From positions 13,702,001 to 13,766,000 of the forward strand of contig NC_047022.1 in the NCBI RefSeq assembly GCF_902652985.1: 64,000 bases of DNA, read 5' to 3'. This DNA is from Pecten maximus (lineage: Eukaryota). Of this stretch, positions 60,673-64,000 are shown piece after piece. Position 1 is the first letter of the stretch, and the number at the start of each line of letters is the position of its first letter. The position numbers were made by a program, and so were the translations under genes. The notes beneath the pieces are model-generated. The model searched no databases, was not told where the DNA came from, and saw only the letters and a list, made by a program, of their open reading frames with translations.

Positions 60673-63600
60673 TGTCAGCGATGATAACGAGAAGTGTTAA
60701 CACAATATGCTAAAACACTACTTACTGATACATGTGTATCAATTGTAGTTCTTGTTTACTGATACGTCAACGTTAAAGTTCATTAAACAATAGATCATCA
60801 ATTATAAGAAAGCATGGCAGCTGAAAGTTAGTGATTGATTAAACAATCGGGGTAGTCTACACTTGGTCAAGCTCGTATTGTACGCACCAACCTATGCGTA
60901 GACTACACCTGCAATTGCGGCAATAAAGATATTGAGCATATAACATTGTATATTCAGTCATCTTTCACAACATTGGTGTCAGTAGTAAACGGGTATTATC
61001 TAAGCAGTGCCTTTACAGCGATTCACTGTGTGCATATACGTAGTGGTAGATATTTATAGCCACACGTCGCAGGATGGCGCATGTTCAGTGCGATTGTTAC
61101 GTACATAGCAGTGTTCAGGTATCCGTTCGATGTTAACACGTGTCTTTCTAGATCGGATGCCGTTATGTTTGGTAACGTTAACGGGGATCAGTGAACGGGA
61201 GATACGCTGGCAGACCTCATTACTGAAAATCATAACCTTAAAATTATAATTGAGCACCGGAAATCCTCCTCGGGTATCTCCCGTAATTCAGACGGTTCTT
61301 TGAAGTCACCGCAGCAAATGCCTTGTAGTTTGAATGAGGGTTGTGTGTGGGAAAGATTTCAGTCATGATGAAGGCTCCGAAGTTAGAAGTTTTAATGTCA
61401 TAAGTACAATCGATATCGGTGCTACAGAAGTCCCGGGTTTTGAAACCAGTTGCGACGAGGTAGTAGATGTAATTCCCAGTTCTAAGGAAGCCCTAGATTT
61501 GGGTTCATGTAGAACGGAGGCCTTAGAGGGGTAGTCCTGTGGTGAGAGAACCCTTGATGGGAATGTATGTGATTAGGAGGCAATGGGGGCAAGTTCCTTC
61601 TGTGTGGAGGTCCGTGCGATTGCTGTCAACACGTTGCTTTATGTCGCTCTTATGCATGAGATAGATTGGATAGTGACGCTTTCAATCCATCCAATTCCTA
61701 TGTTCTCAATCCCTGGACCGATTCAGCGAGTGAAGGACGATGGATTATTAAAGTGTCCATTTGGAGGCATCAAAGGCAGTTTTGGGTCAAGCACTTCAAA
61801 ATTATATAGCCAAGCGACATTACTGATGCCAGGATACAGCTACTGGGATTGATGTAAATCCTACATGTATTGTTTGATGGTAGGTCCTTATTCCCTTACT
61901 GATAAAAGTAGCAAGCTGCCAGGAACAAGTTATTTAAATGAACAGTTGGAGAGAATAACTTCCATACGTTTTGATGTTGGATGTACAATGTATTAGGTCT
62001 CGCTGCAACAGTTGTGGCTTTCAGAGGAGTTGTCTATTGATCCGTGTCGTGGCAAGGGCCTTCAAATGCTAATGACAAGGGTTGTTTTGGCTTTGGCAGT
62101 AGTTTGTCATTCCTGAATCTCTTGATAGGATTACCAACGACGTATTTAGTACAGTAACAGGCAAGACTGGTCGGATGATCGGAAAGTCACTGGATCCTTT
62201 ATGAGATATGATGCTGGTCACAGAGTTTGCAGTCCTGCCTGTGGGTATTGTGACTTTATCATTACGGGAACCTTTGAACAATGATGATGGGAAACGAAAG
62301 ACGGACCTGCGTCTTTGTTGTCTGTGACCTATGGACATATGTTGAACATCTTCTTAGTCCGTGCGGAGGTCGGCCCTTCAGTGTGTCGATGGGTGTGGTT
62401 AGGACTCGTATGCCGCCGCAAGTTTCCTGTTGGATTGGGGGTTATGTGTATGGTGGTTTTATTCACAATAATGAGGGTTCGCCGACATTATGCTCAATGG
62501 AGGGTCTATTGACTGTTTGCCTAATAGACTGAAGACGAAGCCGCATCTACCGGTGTTGTATGGTGATTAATCCCGTGCCAGGCGAAAGCAATGCCGCATC
62601 TTTGCGACACGATGGCGACCTCAATCATGTAGCTTAATCCTAGCCTCATCTGTGGATTAAATTGCGGATGCCTCACATGAAAAGAACCCGCTACGATCAC
62701 TGATCTTTTGTTATGCTAGGGATCACGGGTGTGATGGGAATGGTCACCATGATCGGTTGCAGAGCTCCCTGATGTCCTCAGGTTTGTCTGGCTAGTTGGA
62801 GGTGATGGCCTTAGGGTCTCTGTACCAGATATGACAGAATTGGGCAGATGCGGCGGCGTTAGGGATAGCTTGCTTGATCTGTTGGGTGGTGGAAATTTTG
62901 TCAAGACGTTCGTGAGGGTGCTGACCGGGAATTCTTGGCAGTTCTCCGGTCGTGCACCAGAGGGAGCCGTGCGGCATTTATTGTGCCGGCTGTGACCCAT
63001 AAATTCATGGAAGGTTCTTTGACAAAGTTGGAGCGTGACACTGGTCCAAAGTTTCTCGTCCCGTCCAGTGGATGGTTTAGTGTAGTTCCTTGGGTATTGT
63101 TGCCTCTGTTGCATGTTCTCCGGGACTGCATGTACGCTATGCCCCATACCCAGTAGCTCAATGATGGTATCTTTCAGGGGGTTGCAGCCGCTCTTCTGTC
63201 GTTTGGGGGTGCTGGGGGACATAACGCTTTTGGTGATGGACATAACGCTTTTGGTGATGGCTCGGCTCAGCCACTGCCTTGGCAATTTTCGATTGGGGGT
63301 CCATGCATCGATAACTTGGTACGACCGTTCCTTTGGCGAACGGAGTCTTGTCAGAAGACTCCAGGTAGAACGTCGGCTCTCTCTGCAGAAGATGAATATT
63401 TGTTCCTCATGTTGTCCTGCCGTGAGGTCAGGGGTTGAGATGCCCGTTCAAGCTCAGGCTCAGTAGTCATTTGACGAACTGACTTTTTTAAGCTAAGGTG
63501 TTTATGTCAGCTCGTCCCGAAGGTGATGTTCGGCCTCGCGTGACTAAAATATGGGTTAAACTTGGTCAAGCTCGTATTAGGACGTATTTTACACACCCAT

Positions 63601-63688
63601 ACTTGTGTGATTGTAAACTAAACTTGCCATTGTCAGCAATATAGATACTGAGCATATAACATTGTATATTCGGTCATCTTTCACAACA
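60673..63688 (+). mobile_element. Degenerate LTR-like element with diverged direct repeats and GC-richer decayed interior
   Basis: Shared blocks cttggtcaagctcgtatt and gagcatataacattgtatattc.gtcatctttcacaaca end at 60972 and 63688 (...ACA). PBS-like TGGTGTCAG follows the left repeat. Left boundary uncertain; no gag/pol motifs recognised. Confidence 0.45.
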
Positions 63689-64000
63689 TGATCAGAGGTT
63701 GAAGGGGAAGGTAAATATACAAATGTACATTTTACTTCTACAGTCTCCAGTTAAATAGTTAGAAATAATGCAAAAGAGAAAAAAAACCACCAAAAGTGAA
63801 TTGATTGACATTTCGGCGATATCTGTAAAATTTCTCGAACAAAAGCTTATTATCAACAAGTTCATTTACCTACAAAACAAGTTCCGTACATGCAGATATT
63901 TGGAAATTATAGTCAAATTAAGCATAGCATTTAGGTTTACTGGTTGTTTCTCATATCTGATGTGTAGTTTTTTTTCAAATTAGTAAGTAACGAACAATAG

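Overview
Eukaryotic, AT-rich, intron-containing DNA, most likely from a bivalve mollusc (inferred from the repeat types and gene families; not proven). 1-21 kb: a head-to-tail array of ~4.6 kb units, each carrying a single-coding-exon otopetrin-like (OTOP proton channel family) gene, with 3 complete copies plus the 3' tip of a fourth. One spacer is interrupted by a 5,085-bp IS630/Tc1/mariner-type transposon (44-bp TIRs, TA target duplication, empty site visible in the sister units). Besides its transposase it carries a second, spliced 4-exon gene for a ~417-aa SAM-like + zinc-knuckle + coiled-coil + Pro-rich protein. 21-33 kb (minus): a multi-exon gene whose coiled coil, RAMA-like domain and extreme C-terminal motif resemble vertebrate meiotic ANKRD31, although no ankyrin exons were found. 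33-48 kb: a LINE fragment, a Shisa/CYYR1-like single-pass membrane protein gene, a tRNA-containing solo-LTR-like element, several long-hairpin elements, Helentron/HINE-like elements and minisatellites. 48.8-53.2 kb (minus): a DEATH-STAND NTPase-ankyrin (NLR-like) gene. 55-64 kb: an assembly gap, duplicated PLAT-domain exons, SINEs and a degenerate LTR-like element. Exon models and homology calls were made by eye and from memory of the families; none were confirmed by database search.
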